Below are positions 1 to 14,158 of a stretch of DNA of 32,000 nucleotides, one piece after another. The position numbers and the translations under genes are program-made. The notes under the pieces were generated by a model. The model had not been told where the DNA came from and did no database searches. It worked only from the letters and a program-made list of their open reading frames with translations. Within the stretch, counting starts at the first letter, position 1, and each line of letters opens with the position of its first letter. The DNA comes from Candidatus Saccharimonadota bacterium (GTDB taxonomy: Bacteria; Patescibacteriota; Gracilibacteria; Absconditabacterales; Absconditicoccaceae). The stretch covers positions 120,001 to 152,000 of the forward strand of contig CP006913.1 of assembly GCA_000503875.1 (NCBI GenBank), in the 5' to 3' direction.

Positions 1-2900
1 AATTATACGAGGAAAATAGGGAATATGTTCCATTTTCTGGTATCTCTCAAAATATGATCAATGCCATCGTTGCGATGGAAGACCAACGTTATTGGGAGCA
101 TAGCGGACTTGATCCAATGGGTATATTAAGAGCATGAATAAATAATGTATTGCGCCCAGGCGGAGGTATGCAAGGAGCATCAACTATTTCTCAACAGCTT
201 CTCAAAAATCTTTTGTTAAATAAAGATTTTAAAAGAGAATCATTTCAAGAAAAAGTTGTAAGAAAATTAAGAGAAATACTTCTCATAGGAAAATTAAATA
301 ACGTATTAGAAGATCAAATATACAAAGAACAACCATCGATAGGAAAAAATGAACTTCATAAAGAAATGAAAGATAAGGTTCTTGAATTATATCTGAATTA
401 TATTGCTTTTTGAAATAATTCTTTTGGAGTAGAAGCTGCCTCAAAGACCTATTTTAGTAAATCAGCAAAAGACTTGGATGTATTAGAAGCTTCTGTTCTT
501 GCTTCAATACCAAAGAGTCCAACTATTTATAATCCATATAGAAATAGAGGAAAAAATATGGGATTGCTTTCTATTGTAGATCAAAATGGAGCACAAGCTG
601 CAGCAACATGAACTCTTTTGGAACAAGTACTTGCCAAAATGGCTCAATGATTAGAAAGTGTAGAAATATCAAAAGATGGTGGCTTTACAAAATCATTGGA
701 AGCTATCTCTTCATTTGTGATAACAGAATGAACAAACAACTATACTATAACATATACAATATGAAGAAAAGATTTTGCTTTGATGAGAATGTACGAAGAT
801 GATTATATTACTCAAAATGAATTAAAACAAGCATTTTTAGAATGATTAACATACGAACTTCGTAGTAATAAAGTAGAAATGTTAGCGCCACATTTTGTTC
901 AATGGGTCATTGAAGAATTAGAAAAAAAATATGATAAAGATACTTTATTTAAGGGAGGTATTATTATCAAAACAACGCTTGATTTAGAACAACAAGTACT
1001 TGCAGAAACATCTCTTGCTAATAATTTAGCAGTTCTTCAAGAAAATGGAGCAAATAATTCATCTATGATTTATTTGGATTCAATAAATGGTGATGTATTA
1101 GCTTATGTAGGTTCTATTAATTACTTTGATGAAAAAATCCAAGGACAAAATGATATGGTAAGAAGACCAAGACAATCAGGGTCTGCTATTAAACCATTTA
1201 TTTACGCGCTTGGTTTTCAGTTACTTCCTTTGACATTGGATACACCAATGTTTGATATTCCATTTAAAATAGGAAGAGATGAACCAAACAACGCTGATGG
1301 AAAATTTGAATGATTATTACCGCTTAAATATGCATTAGCACATAGTAGAAATATTCCAGCTACCAAAATGATTCTTGCATTATGATGAGAAACTGTAGCA
1401 AAACCATTTTTAAGTGATTTGTGATTGGTAGGGGTACAAGATTCTGTAGAATATTGATATACATTAGCATTGGGAGCTGCAGAAGTCACTATGTTGGATT
1501 TAGCTAATGCTTATGCTCATCTATCTACAAATCAACCAGCAGAAATAAATCCTATTTTAGAAATCAGATCAAGAGATGGTTCTTTAATTTATCAAAGAGA
1601 AGATAAAAAACAGGAAGAAGTTATTCCTTGAGGAATTAGATATCTATTATGGAATATTCTTTCAGAACCATCAAATAGATTGGCAGGATGGGTATCTAAA
1701 TTTAATGTTAAATGATTATCATTGGCATTAAAGTCAGGAACATCTAATGTAAAAACGGATAAAGGAAATCGTCCAAGAGATGGTTGGATGGCTGTATATA
1801 ATTGAAGTAAAGTTGCCTTATTTTGGGCAGGTAATGCAGATTGAACAGCCATGAATAGAAATGCTTATGGATGAACAATTCATGCAAATCCTATGAAAAG
1901 TTTTTTCACTTCACTTATGAAAAATAATTATATAACCAATGATGCAGTCAAATCTGTTGATGTAACAAGTGTTGATATTTCAAAGATATCAGGTAAATTA
2001 GCTAGTGAAAATACGCCGTCAGAGCTTGTTATAAGCTCATTGAGATATATTCACAGTCCTGCACTAGAATCAGATGCTGGAGTAAATGCATTTGAATACG
2101 ATATCTTATGTAACGGTGCACAGAGTCCAACAACACCATTGGACAGCCTCAAAAAATGATATGCTATTCAACCAACAACACTTATTCCAAGTAAAATAGA
2201 TTTAGCAGAAATAACTCAATGGCGAAAAATAGGATCAAGTTTTACAGGAATTGCACCAGAAGGATGATTTATTAGTTGAAATATAACATATAATTATCCA
2301 AATATATTTGTAGAAACACCAATCGATGTTTGTGAAGAAAGATGAAGTAAAGAAGATTTATCAATAGATGTTAATATTATTACTCCAGAGAAAAATAGAA
2401 CAGTATCCAATAAGTTTGCATTATGGTATTCTATCAATGGTGATAGAGGTATAAAATCAGTTTTAATTTTTGCTGGAGAAGACCAAATAGCTCAATTTAG
2501 TTATAATGGAAAGAACAAAAATATTAATGAACAAAAATCTATCTCTTCATCATTATCTGCTGGTAAACATACTATAGAGGTAATTGCCATAGACGCTGAA
2601 TGATATTCCAATAAAGAATCATTAGAATTAGAGATAGCTACTTCAGACAGTACGCCACCTATTATATTAGAGAGCAAAACAAATGTTCAACAATTAGAAA
2701 ATGGAAAATATCAAATTAGTATAATATTAGAAGATAACTTATCCTTTATAGAAAACGGAAAAATATCAATACCAGATAAAACACTTCTAGAATTTAAATG
2801 ACAAGCTGCGGTGTTTACTTTAGATGTATTAGTCCCAGTTACGGTTTTTGCAAAAGATGCTTACGGAAATATACTAGAAAAAACAATTACTTTACAATAA
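1..2900 (+). CDS. Class A penicillin-binding protein (GT51 transglycosylase + transpeptidase), 5' end outside window
   Basis: The frame starting at nt 3 is open to TAA at 2898-2900 when 23 in-frame TGA are read as Gly. GT51 motifs: EDQRYWEHSGLD, GASTISQQL, YLNYIAF-G-NNSFGVEAAS. Transpeptidase motifs: SGSAIKPF (SxxK), HSRN (SxN), KSGTS (KTG-like). The C-terminal ~250 aa is an extra Ig-like extension. Confidence 0.93.
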
Positions 2901-2910
2901 GATAATTAAT

Positions 2911-2942
2911 AAAAAAACTGGCAGTTATATGCCAGTTTTTTT
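2911..2942. terminator. Bidirectional intrinsic terminator between convergent genes
   Basis: A-tract, then stem ctggca (2918-2923) / tgccag (2930-2935) with a 6-nt loop, then a T-tract (2936-2942). Confidence 0.8.
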
Positions 2943-2950
2943 ATATTGTT

Positions 2951-4528
2951 TTATTTAATAATATTCGAAGGATAATTTGCATTTAAAACAACAAATGGAG
3001 TAACAATAGCAGAAGAAGTTAGAGCTATTGGTGAATAACAATTTGTTCAATCACTTCATGTTCAACTAAGTTCACAAGACCACGTAAATATATTTTCCAA
3101 ACTGATTCGTTCTTCAAAAGCGCCTGTTCCCAAAACATTATTTACTTGAGTTATTCTTCATTGACTCGGGGTTGTTGGAGTATTAAGGAATGCTAATTTT
3201 CCTAAAAGATGAACTTTGTTTTCTATTCCAAATGTTCCTAAAGCAGTATTGTTTCCAAGCAAAAGACCATTTATAACAAAGTTTCCTTTAATAAATATTC
3301 CAGAATTAGTAACGCTTGCTTCTGCTGGATATCCATCTTGATTAAAATTGGTTTTTGTTGCTACAGGATTTTTGATAAGTAGGTTTCCCCCATCAATAAA
3401 GATATCTAATGCAGGACTGTCCTTGCTCATAGTATTAAGTAAAGTAATGTTTCCATTTTTCACAATGATCGTTTTATCTTTATGAAGTGTATCGGAAAGG
3501 TTGATATCCAAATTATCCGTATTTTTATAACATAATACTTTTTCTTGATTATTAAGCGGTAGAGTTGTTGATGCACCTCCTTCGAGATAAGTTTTTCCTC
3601 TACAGAGAACCTCAGCATTCTTCTTTGCAAGGTTAATAACCGTTGCTGAGTTGATATCAGAATTGATGAGAATAGTTCTTTTTTCTAGATTTCCAAGAAG
3701 GGCTCTTTGTTCATAGATATTCGTCGCTTTTGTTAGAACAACGCTACCTTGAATAAGAATATTCCACATTGTATCTTTAGCTTGCGAGTCTCCTGTAAGA
3801 TTAACAGATCGACTTCCAGAAGAAGAATCAATACTACTTCATGTAATAAGGAAAGAATTGCTAATGCTTCATGTAGTATTAAGGTAGTCCAATAAATTTT
3901 CACTTCAAGCGATAGCTCCACCTACAAATCAAATTCAACCAACACTATCCCATAAAAATCCCAAAGGAGTAACGTTGTTGAAATATTCGAATGTATGAGC
4001 AAATTCTGAAGTATAGTAGTTTTGTTGATAATTAAGCTTAGTTCCAGCTATTATATAAGAAACTGTTCCTCACCATGTATATTCAATAACTCAGAAGATC
4101 CCATATTGATCAGCACTAGAACCGCATGAAGTATATAATCATCCTGTAATTTGAAGATTTCCATATCCTTGTCATCAAGTTGAGTTAAGAAGATCTAAGG
4201 TTTCTTTATCCAATGGCCAAAGTCTCGCTCATCTTGCGGCATTATAATAAATCCCTCTAAGTTGTTTATAACATGATTTATTTGTCCCGTTGGCAGTAAT
4301 GGTTTGTGGTGTAGAAAGAGATCTCATAGGTAACCAGAAAACTCCTCATCAAAAATCGTTTCAAGGAGAAGAAAAATGAATTTCAGAAAACTTTGATAAT
4401 AATGATGTTTGATTAAGTCCTGTAAAGTTGAGCATTAGCCCATTAAGGATATTGTATAAGAAAATTCAAACAATTATAAAAAGTATTGTTCATCCTGTAT
4501 TAGTTATAGAAAATTTTTTATATAACAT
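2951..4528 (-). CDS. Hypothetical membrane-anchored / secreted protein with beta-helix-like repeats (525 aa)
   Basis: ATG at 4528 and TAA at 2951-2953, with 20 in-frame TGA read through by my count. N-terminal hydrophobic helix GGTILFIIVGIFLYNIL. Central region has repetitive N/G/I-rich strands (NGNITLLN, IFIDGGNLLIKN, IFIKGNFVINGLLLGNN). I recognise no family. Confidence 0.72.
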
Positions 4529-4614
4529 CGAAGAAAAAAATAAATAAAAGGTATACCTATATATATAGTATATTCAAAAAAATATTTTTTGCAAATCAAC
4601 CATAAATTCTGATT

Positions 4615-4642
4615 TTTACATTTATATATTTGTGTATATAAT
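4615..4642 (+). promoter_or_regulatory. Candidate sigma70-type promoter P1 of the rRNA unit
   Basis: tttaca (4615-4620), 16-nt spacer, tataat (4637-4642). Confidence 0.5.
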
Positions 4643-4753
4643 ATGTCTAGACACTTTTGTCTACGTTTTTATTTCCATTTCATAAATTTTGCCATAAATA
4701 ATATGGCTTAGTACCTGGGAAAAAAAGAAAAGTAAAAAAAAGTCAAAAAAGTC

Positions 4754-4781
4754 TTGAAATGGAAGATTAAATTACTATAAC
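4754..4781 (+). promoter_or_regulatory. Candidate sigma70-type promoter P2 of the rRNA unit with an A-rich UP-like tract
   Basis: ttgaaa (4754-4759), 16-nt spacer, tataac (4776-4781). An A-rich tract at 4722-4750 lies upstream. A boxA-like acttaacaa sits at about 4824-4834 downstream. Confidence 0.5.
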
Positions 4782-4845
4782 ATCTCACGCAACACTTTTG
4801 GAAGAACAACTCTAGGTGTTGATGAAGCGGATACTTAACAATAAT

Positions 4846-4872
4846 ATCATATATTACATTTTTCAAAAAAAC

Positions 4873-4880
<8 letters not shown>
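4846..4880 (+). other. 5' arm of the 23S rRNA processing stem (pairs with 7798-7833)
   Basis: atcatatattacatttttcaaaaaaacaataaatc is nearly the exact reverse complement of gatttattgttttttttgaaaaatgtaatatgtgat at 7798-7833. This gives a helix of about 35 bp enclosing the 23S, an RNase III-type substrate. Confidence 0.85.
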
Positions 4881-7805
<2,925 letters not shown>

Positions 7806-7907
7806 GTTTTTTTTGAAAAATGTAATATGTGATGTTGTTGTATATAGTTTCTAGCAGATTCTATTGTATTCGAAGAGCGGTTTTATATACTAAAACCCGT
7901 CGATTTA

Positions 7908-8037
<130 letters not shown>

Positions 8038-8064
8038 TAGATGGAAGATCATTAATAGGTTTAA

Positions 8065-8082
8065 AAAGAAATAAAGTATGGC
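8065..8082 (+). other. 5' arm of the 16S rRNA processing stem (pairs with 9617-9634)
   Basis: aaagaaataaagtatggc is the exact reverse complement of gccatactttatttcttt at 9617-9634, bracketing the 16S. Confidence 0.85.
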
Positions 8083-8086
8083 TTTT

Positions 8087-9580
<1,494 letters not shown>

Positions 9581-9673
9581 AACTATAAAATTTAGAGAAC
9601 ACTTAATTACCAACCCGCCATACTTTATTTCTTTCTGAACTTATTGATCAACATTCCTTTCTACTAGGAAAAG

Positions 9674-9698
9674 TCTCATCTTCACGATGGGATTTTTT
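9674..9698 (+). terminator. Intrinsic terminator after the rRNA unit
   Basis: Stem tctcatc / gatggga (one G-U pair), loop ttcac, then tttttt. Confidence 0.75.
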
Positions 9699-9722
9699 GT
9701 TTTTAACTATTAATATAGTATA

Positions 9723-10271
9723 ATGCATTTAGTAAACGATATATCTGCATTTGTAGATCAAAAAAAATGACTTATTAATATGGTTGTTGATATTCCAAAA
9801 TGATCAAATAATAAGTACGAATACGATCATCATCTATGATGTTTCAAACTTGATCGTGTAATTCATCATTCGATGTATTATCCTTGTGATTATGGATTTA
9901 TTCCACAGACGTTATCAGAAGATGGAGATCCTTGTGATATCTGTTTATTGGTTACTAATCCAACATTTACTTGATGTTTAATTAAGGCAAGACCAATCTG
10001 AATCTTATATACGATAGATAATGCTGGAAACGATCCAAAAATAATAGCTGTTCCTGCAGATGATATCGACCCAAGATGGAGTGAAGTTCATTGTATTGAT
10101 GATTTAGGACATCATATGAAAGAGGAATTATTACTCTTATTTAAACAAATAAAAATATTGGAACATAATAAATATGATAAAATTGAAGTGATTTGATTTT
10201 GAAATGTTTTGGAAGCACAAGAAGAAATAATAATATCAGTACAAAGATTTAAAGATCAACAAAAAAAATAA
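9723..10271 (+). CDS. ppa: Inorganic pyrophosphatase, family I (182 aa)
   Basis: Reads [15 protein letters not shown]...LDRV...[24 protein letters not shown]...[13 protein letters not shown]. Six in-frame TGA by my reading, including the invariant Gly of the IPKGS motif (9801-9803). TAA at 10269-10271. Confidence 0.93.
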
Positions 10272-10280
10272 ATAAATAGG

Positions 10281-10307
10281 TCTCACCTTTATGGTGGGAT
10301 TTTTTTA
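10281..10307 (+). terminator. Intrinsic terminator of ppa
   Basis: Stem tctcacc / ggtggga, loop tttat, then a T-tract. Confidence 0.75.
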
Positions 10308-10312
10308 TAAAT

Positions 10313-10344
10313 AAAAAAGCTCCGGATATTCAGGAGCTTTTAAA
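10313..10344 (-). terminator. Intrinsic terminator of the minus-strand surface-protein gene
   Basis: On the minus strand: stem agctcc / ggagct followed by tttttt. Confidence 0.65.
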
Positions 10345-10351
10345 TAATTAT

Positions 10352-11113
10352 TTACTGTGCAGATTCTGTTATAACCTGCGAAATAGTTTCAACACAACCG
10401 TATTGATTAATAACTTGGCAGCTATATACACCAGCACCAATACCTGTTAAAGATGATTCCATTCCATAGGTTTTCATTCCACTTGACCATGAATAAAAAT
10501 CTCCAGGACTACCACTAATAGTAATTGAACCATCATTTTGACCACAGCCAGAAACATCTTTATGAGATACAAATGCTATTGGTAATGGATTAACGGTAAC
10601 TTCAATACTATTTGTTATTCCAATAGCCATTCCACTTTTCATTTGAGCAACAACAATGTCTCCGTTTCTCAAATTATTTGTTGTATAGTTTTTTTGTGAA
10701 TCTAAAGAGGTCACTATAATACCGTTCACTAAGAATTCTACTTCAGGAGCTGATCCTATCACACTAAAAGTAACATATTCTCCAGAACAAAAGGTATTAT
10801 CATTATCAGAAGACACAAGCGTACCATAAGGAGCAGCAGGGTCACTTATTGTCTGTGAAACGATAGTAGAATCACCTAATTCATTAGTAATTACACACGT
10901 ATAGGTACCGCTATACAAACCAGATGCTGTAGGTGTATATTGGACTGGAACAGTATTCCATGAATAACTTCCACCATCACCAGCTCCATTTGCAGTAATA
11001 CTTCCATTATTGATACCGAAATCAGTTGGGTTTGTGAAAGATACTATAACTTGTGCGTTAGCACTACTGATTGCAAAAGCAATCACTATCAAAAAATTCA
11101 CAATAGTTTTCAT
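10352..11113 (-). CDS. Secreted surface protein with SprB-type repeats and an Ig-like domain (253 aa)
   Basis: Signal peptide MKTIVNFLIVIAFAISSANA. Two repeats of the form NNGSITANGAGDGGSYSW...YTCVITN and CGQNDGSITISGSPGDFYSW...YSCQVINQYGC resemble SprB repeats of Bacteroidetes adhesins. The ORF is uninterrupted with no TGA codon. TAA stop. Confidence 0.8.
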   Translation of the reverse strand: MKTIVNFLIVIAFAISSANAQVIVSFTNPTDFGINNGSITANGAGDGGSYSWNTVPVQYTPTASGLYSGTYTCVITNELGDSTIVSQTISDPAAPYGTLVSSDNDNTFCSGEYVTFSVIGSAPEVEFLVNGIIVTSLDSQKNYTTNNLRNGDIVVAQMKSGMAIGITNSIEVTVNPLPIAFVSHKDVSGCGQNDGSITISGSPGDFYSWSSGMKTYGMESSLTGIGAGVYSCQVINQYGCVETISQVITESAQ

Positions 11114-11158
11114 ATTATTGATTTTTAGGTTTTTTTATTTTCTTTTGTTTGCAGATAT

Positions 11159-11186
11159 ATTATATATAAAAAAAGAAAAAAGTCAA
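11159..11186 (-). promoter_or_regulatory. Candidate promoter of the SprB-repeat gene
   Basis: Minus strand: ttgact (11186-11181), 16-nt spacer, tataat (11164-11159). Confidence 0.5.
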
Positions 11187-11242
11187 TAGTAGTTGTTTGT
11201 AAGAAAATTATAGATAGTATTTAATTAAAATTCAGATTTAAA

Positions 11243-12091
11243 TTATCCTTCCTTTTTTACGTACAACAAATCGCTCTTAAATAAAAAGAAACTTAATAAA
11301 AAGAAAAGAAAAATAACCAAAGGGACGGTAACATATGATAGTTGATATTCTAATCCGATATTATATGTTCCATGTAAAGCGACTCATCCAACGATACTTA
11401 TAAAAAGTGCTACTGGTCGAAGGATTTTTTGTTTCAGCGCGTAATATAATGCTCCGATAGTTGTAGTTGCTACGACATGCAGTAAGGCGCTAATTAATCA
11501 TCTACCCACGATGAGACCAAGGATATTTCCTGATCAATCTGCCAATGAAAATAAATAAAAGAGATTTTCAATCAGACTAAATCCAAGTCCCAAGAGGACA
11601 CAAAAGAAAATACCATTTTTGATTCCATGGGAACTGTCTCCAAGTAGGGTTGTGCTCGAGGTATATTTCATATATTCTTCAGCGTATGCAGTGATAATAT
11701 AATATAAGATCAATGAATTGATTCAAAGCAGTATTCCTCCAAAGCTTATCATAAAAAAGAAAATAGCACCGCCCAAAAATACCTGGATAATAAATGATGC
11801 CCATTTACGAAATATCAATAATAGTATTCCCAAAATAGCAGCACAATATCATCAGAATATTAAAAATGATTTCAATGTTAGCTGTTCCATAATATTATAT
11901 ATTTTATAGGAAACCGAATGAGAAATGAGATATTTATATGAAAACAATCCACCCACCAAAATAATTCAGATTAAAAGTATTTTCCAAATATATTGTATTT
12001 TAAGTGAATGTTTGCCAAAAGCTTGATTTATAAGCCAAATCCATATATAAAGAATACATATACTTGCAAAAATAGTCCAAAAAATATGCAT
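11243..12091 (-). CDS. PrsW-family intramembrane metalloprotease (282 aa)
   Basis: Polytopic membrane protein with AEEYMKY (EExxK), GFSLIENLFY, ALLHVVATTTIGALYY and HGTYN motifs typical of PrsW-like proteases. ATG at 12091, TAA at 11243-11245, about 7 TGA read through. Confidence 0.8.
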
Positions 12092-12095
12092 ATAA

Positions 12096-12404
12096 CTAAC
12101 GATACAAAGCTAAATATTTTGCGGCTTGTTCCTGAATAAAAAGGCTAATCTCAGGGATATTTTCTTCTCAACAAATAACAAATAATTCTTGTGCGGTCGA
12201 ACCTTTGCTCATAATGCATTTAATTCAACTCGGCGTAGGATAAGATATTTTAAATAATAATTCTGAACTTCATTTCTGCTGTCTATTGATTCTTCACGGG
12301 ATAATCCTATGGATATGAGGATGTTTTTCAATCGTTAAAAGAAGCTTTTTGAACTCGGGTAAAATATGATGTTCGGTTTTTACTTTCTGAAAAGTTACCT
12401 TCAT
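12096..12404 (-). CDS. Small conserved hypothetical protein (102 aa), possibly DUF2103-like
   Basis: ATG at 12404, TAG at 12096-12098, only 4 nt from the PrsW start (operon). Contains an HRIIPGRINRQQKG motif. The family assignment is from memory only. Confidence 0.6.
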
Positions 12405-12506
12405 AGGTGTATGGGGAATAAAAGAATATTCTATCTATAAAAAATAGTTGAGCAAAAACAAGAAAAAGCCACCTTTGCAGATGACTTTCTATAATTGGGG
12501 TTAGTC

Positions 12507-13406
12507 TTAGAAATTTCTAAAAATATCTTGCAATCTTCTTCTTTCTTCCTCTTCTTCTTGTTTTGCTCTGAGTTCTTTTTCTGTATCTTTTAATTTGCTT
12601 TCAGTCAAGAAGATAAGTTTATTGATTTTTTCTATTACTTGAGATTTTTTCTTGGTATCTTTTATAAGATCAGATTCTTCAAATAACAAAACATCATCAA
12701 GAAATATTTCAAAAAGATGAGATTCTGGATTTAATCAAAGTTTTAATTCGTTGAATGTTGTTTCATCCTCTTCTTTATCTGTTTCAATTCTTTTTACATG
12801 AACTTCATTTTGTTCGTTTAATCCGAATTGATATAATACAGAAACTTTATCGTTGTTAGATCAAATAATTTCCAAAATTTCTCCATCTTTTAATCTAAGA
12901 AGTGAAGTAAGTTCTGAAACATTGTCCAATAAATTGGCAAATTTTTGTTGAATATCTGAAACTGGTTCTCCAAGTGGTTCTTCAATAGGTTCTTCTTCAA
13001 CAACTACTGGTTCTCCAAGTGGTTCTTCTTCAACAACTACTGGTTCTCCAAGTGGTTCTTCAACAGGTTCTTCAATAGGTTTTTCTTCAATAATTACTGG
13101 TTCAGGGGTTGATTCAACAACGGGTGTTGGTTCAATAACAGTTTCTGTTGGAAAAACTATTTCAGGGATTTCTTCAACGGCATTTACTTGTTCAACAATA
13201 GGAGATTCTTGTGGAATAACATATCCATCAAATGGACTAGAAGGAGAAACTTCTGTTGCAGGTTCTTCCGTAGTTGTCTTTTCAACTTGTAAAGGTCAAA
13301 ACATAGAAGGATCGTGAATTATTTCTTCTGGATTACCACCAAAAACGCCTCATCCTTGTTGTGTTGGAGGTGTTGGTTGTCCAGGTTGGAATTGTGTATC
13401 AGTCAT
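12507..13406 (-). CDS. Acidic Pro/Glu-rich repeat protein (299 aa), hypothetical
   Basis: ATG at 13406, TAA at 12507-12509. The N-terminal half is P/E/V-rich with EEPLGEPVVVEE repeats. The C-terminal ~130 aa looks globular and ends in a charged helix KELRAKQEEEEERRRLQ. Confidence 0.7.
12961..13100. repeat. Imperfect in-frame tandem repeats inside the acidic protein gene
   Basis: The unit actggttctccaagtggttcttc recurs at 12961, 13006 and 13039 (spacing 45 and 33 nt), with a degenerate copy near 13093. Confidence 0.85.
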
Positions 13407-13532
13407 TTTTACTAATTAGTGATTAAAGACTACTACTAGTATAATCAGAAGATTCTCTTTTGTCAAATTTTTAGAAACTTTATCAGATTTATTTGAAAAT
13501 CATTTGTAATTAATGAGTAAACTGCTATATTC

Positions 13533-13577
13533 ATGGTGCGTAATTGACTACGCATCATTTATTTTTTGTTTTTTTGG
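13533..13577 (+). promoter_or_regulatory. Leader hairpin plus U-rich tract immediately upstream of the RRM protein start codon
   Basis: A 10-bp stem atggtgcgta (13533-13542) / tacgcatcat (13549-13558), loop attgac, followed by ttattttttgttttttt and then ATG at 13581. Confidence 0.6.
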
Positions 13578-13580
13578 TTA

Positions 13581-13910
13581 ATGGAAGAAAATTTTGTTAT
13601 CAGTCAGACAAAACTATTTGTCGGAGGACTAGATTGGAGTATCAGAGGTAAAGACCTCAACGAAGAATTCTCTAAATTTGGTGAAGTAGTATTTGCTAGA
13701 GTAAATCTAGATAGAGAAAACAGAAACAGAAGTAAGGGATTTGGTTTCGTAGTATTTGCAAACCCAGAAGACGCTGCAAAAGCACAAGCTGAAATGAACA
13801 ATAAAGAAGTAAAAGGAAGAGCTATTAGAGTAGATTTCGCAAAAGAAAATCCTGAAAAAATGAACAAAGAACATGCAAATGGAAACGAATCAGAAGCAAT
13901 TGCTGAATAA
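13581..13910 (+). CDS. RRM-domain RNA-binding protein (109 aa)
   Basis: RNP2 is LFVGGL and RNP1 is KGFGFVVF. No TGA codons. I prefer ATG at 13581 over the TTG at 13566 used by the ORF track. Confidence 0.88.
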   Translation: MEENFVISQTKLFVGGLDWSIRGKDLNEEFSKFGEVVFARVNLDRENRNRSKGFGFVVFANPEDAAKAQAEMNNKEVKGRAIRVDFAKENPEKMNKEHANGNESEAIAE

Positions 13911-13937
13911 TTAAAATATAGTATTCATATATACAAA

Positions 13938-13971
13938 ACATCTTTACACTAGTTGTAAGGGTGTTTTTTTT
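13938..13971 (+). terminator. Intrinsic terminator of the RRM gene
   Basis: An 11-bp stem acatctttaca / tgtaagggtgt (two G-U pairs), loop ctagt, then a T-tract. Confidence 0.8.
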
Positions 13972-13976
13972 ATGTC

Positions 13977-14004
13977 TTGAAAGTATAAGAAAAAAGAATA
14001 TGAT
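13977..14004 (+). promoter_or_regulatory. Candidate promoter of the structured RNA / RNHCP leader
   Basis: ttgaaa (13977-13982), 16-nt spacer, tatgat (13999-14004). Confidence 0.55.
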
Positions 14005-14010
14005 AAATCT

Positions 14011-14158
14011 ACGACTAAAGGGTTAGTAACGGTTAAGAATCACTTCTTCGTCCTTTACTCTGGAGGCCGAGAAATCTCTAGTCCCAGACTAGAGTGAGCC
14101 ATCCACCTTACGTATTGGAGAAAAACTTGATTGACTACGGCTCTTTGGTTTTTTTTGT
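14011..14158 (+). ncRNA. Candidate structured RNA (sRNA or riboswitch-like leader), class not recognised
   Basis: It lies between a promoter-like element and a U-tract (14149-14158) and is noticeably more GC-rich than its flanks. It has a perfect 8-bp hairpin ctctagtc-cca-gactagag (14076-14094), extended by tggaggc (14061-14067) / gcc-a-tcca (14098-14105). A closing helix joins ctaaagggtt (about 14016-14025) to ggctctttgg (about 14139-14148). Confidence 0.5.

Noticed and set aside
608-802. Plus-strand 64-aa ORF, and minus-strand ORFs 1217-1489 and 1592-1852
   Set aside because: They are out of frame or antisense within the PBP gene, whose own frame carries all the GT51 and transpeptidase motifs.
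8038-8086. Possible independent promoter for the 16S in the 5S-16S spacer
   Set aside because: I found no acceptable -35/-10 pair with proper spacing. Most of the spacer is taken up by the 5' arm of the 16S processing stem.
11718-11909. Plus-strand 63-aa ORF
   Set aside because: It is antisense to the PrsW-like gene, whose motifs are clear on the minus strand.
12961-13100. Direct repeats considered as a possible CRISPR or minisatellite locus
   Set aside because: The repeats are contiguous, in-frame and code for the EEPLGEPVVVEE motif. There is no spacer architecture.
14011-14158. Identification of the structured RNA as SRP RNA, 6S RNA, tmRNA, a tRNA-like element, or a glycine, TPP, fluoride or guanidine riboswitch
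   Set aside because: None of the hallmark conserved sequences I know are present: SRP GGAA tetraloop with AGCAGCC, the tmRNA tRNA-like end, the T-loop GGTTCGAAT, or the riboswitch cores. It stays unclassified.
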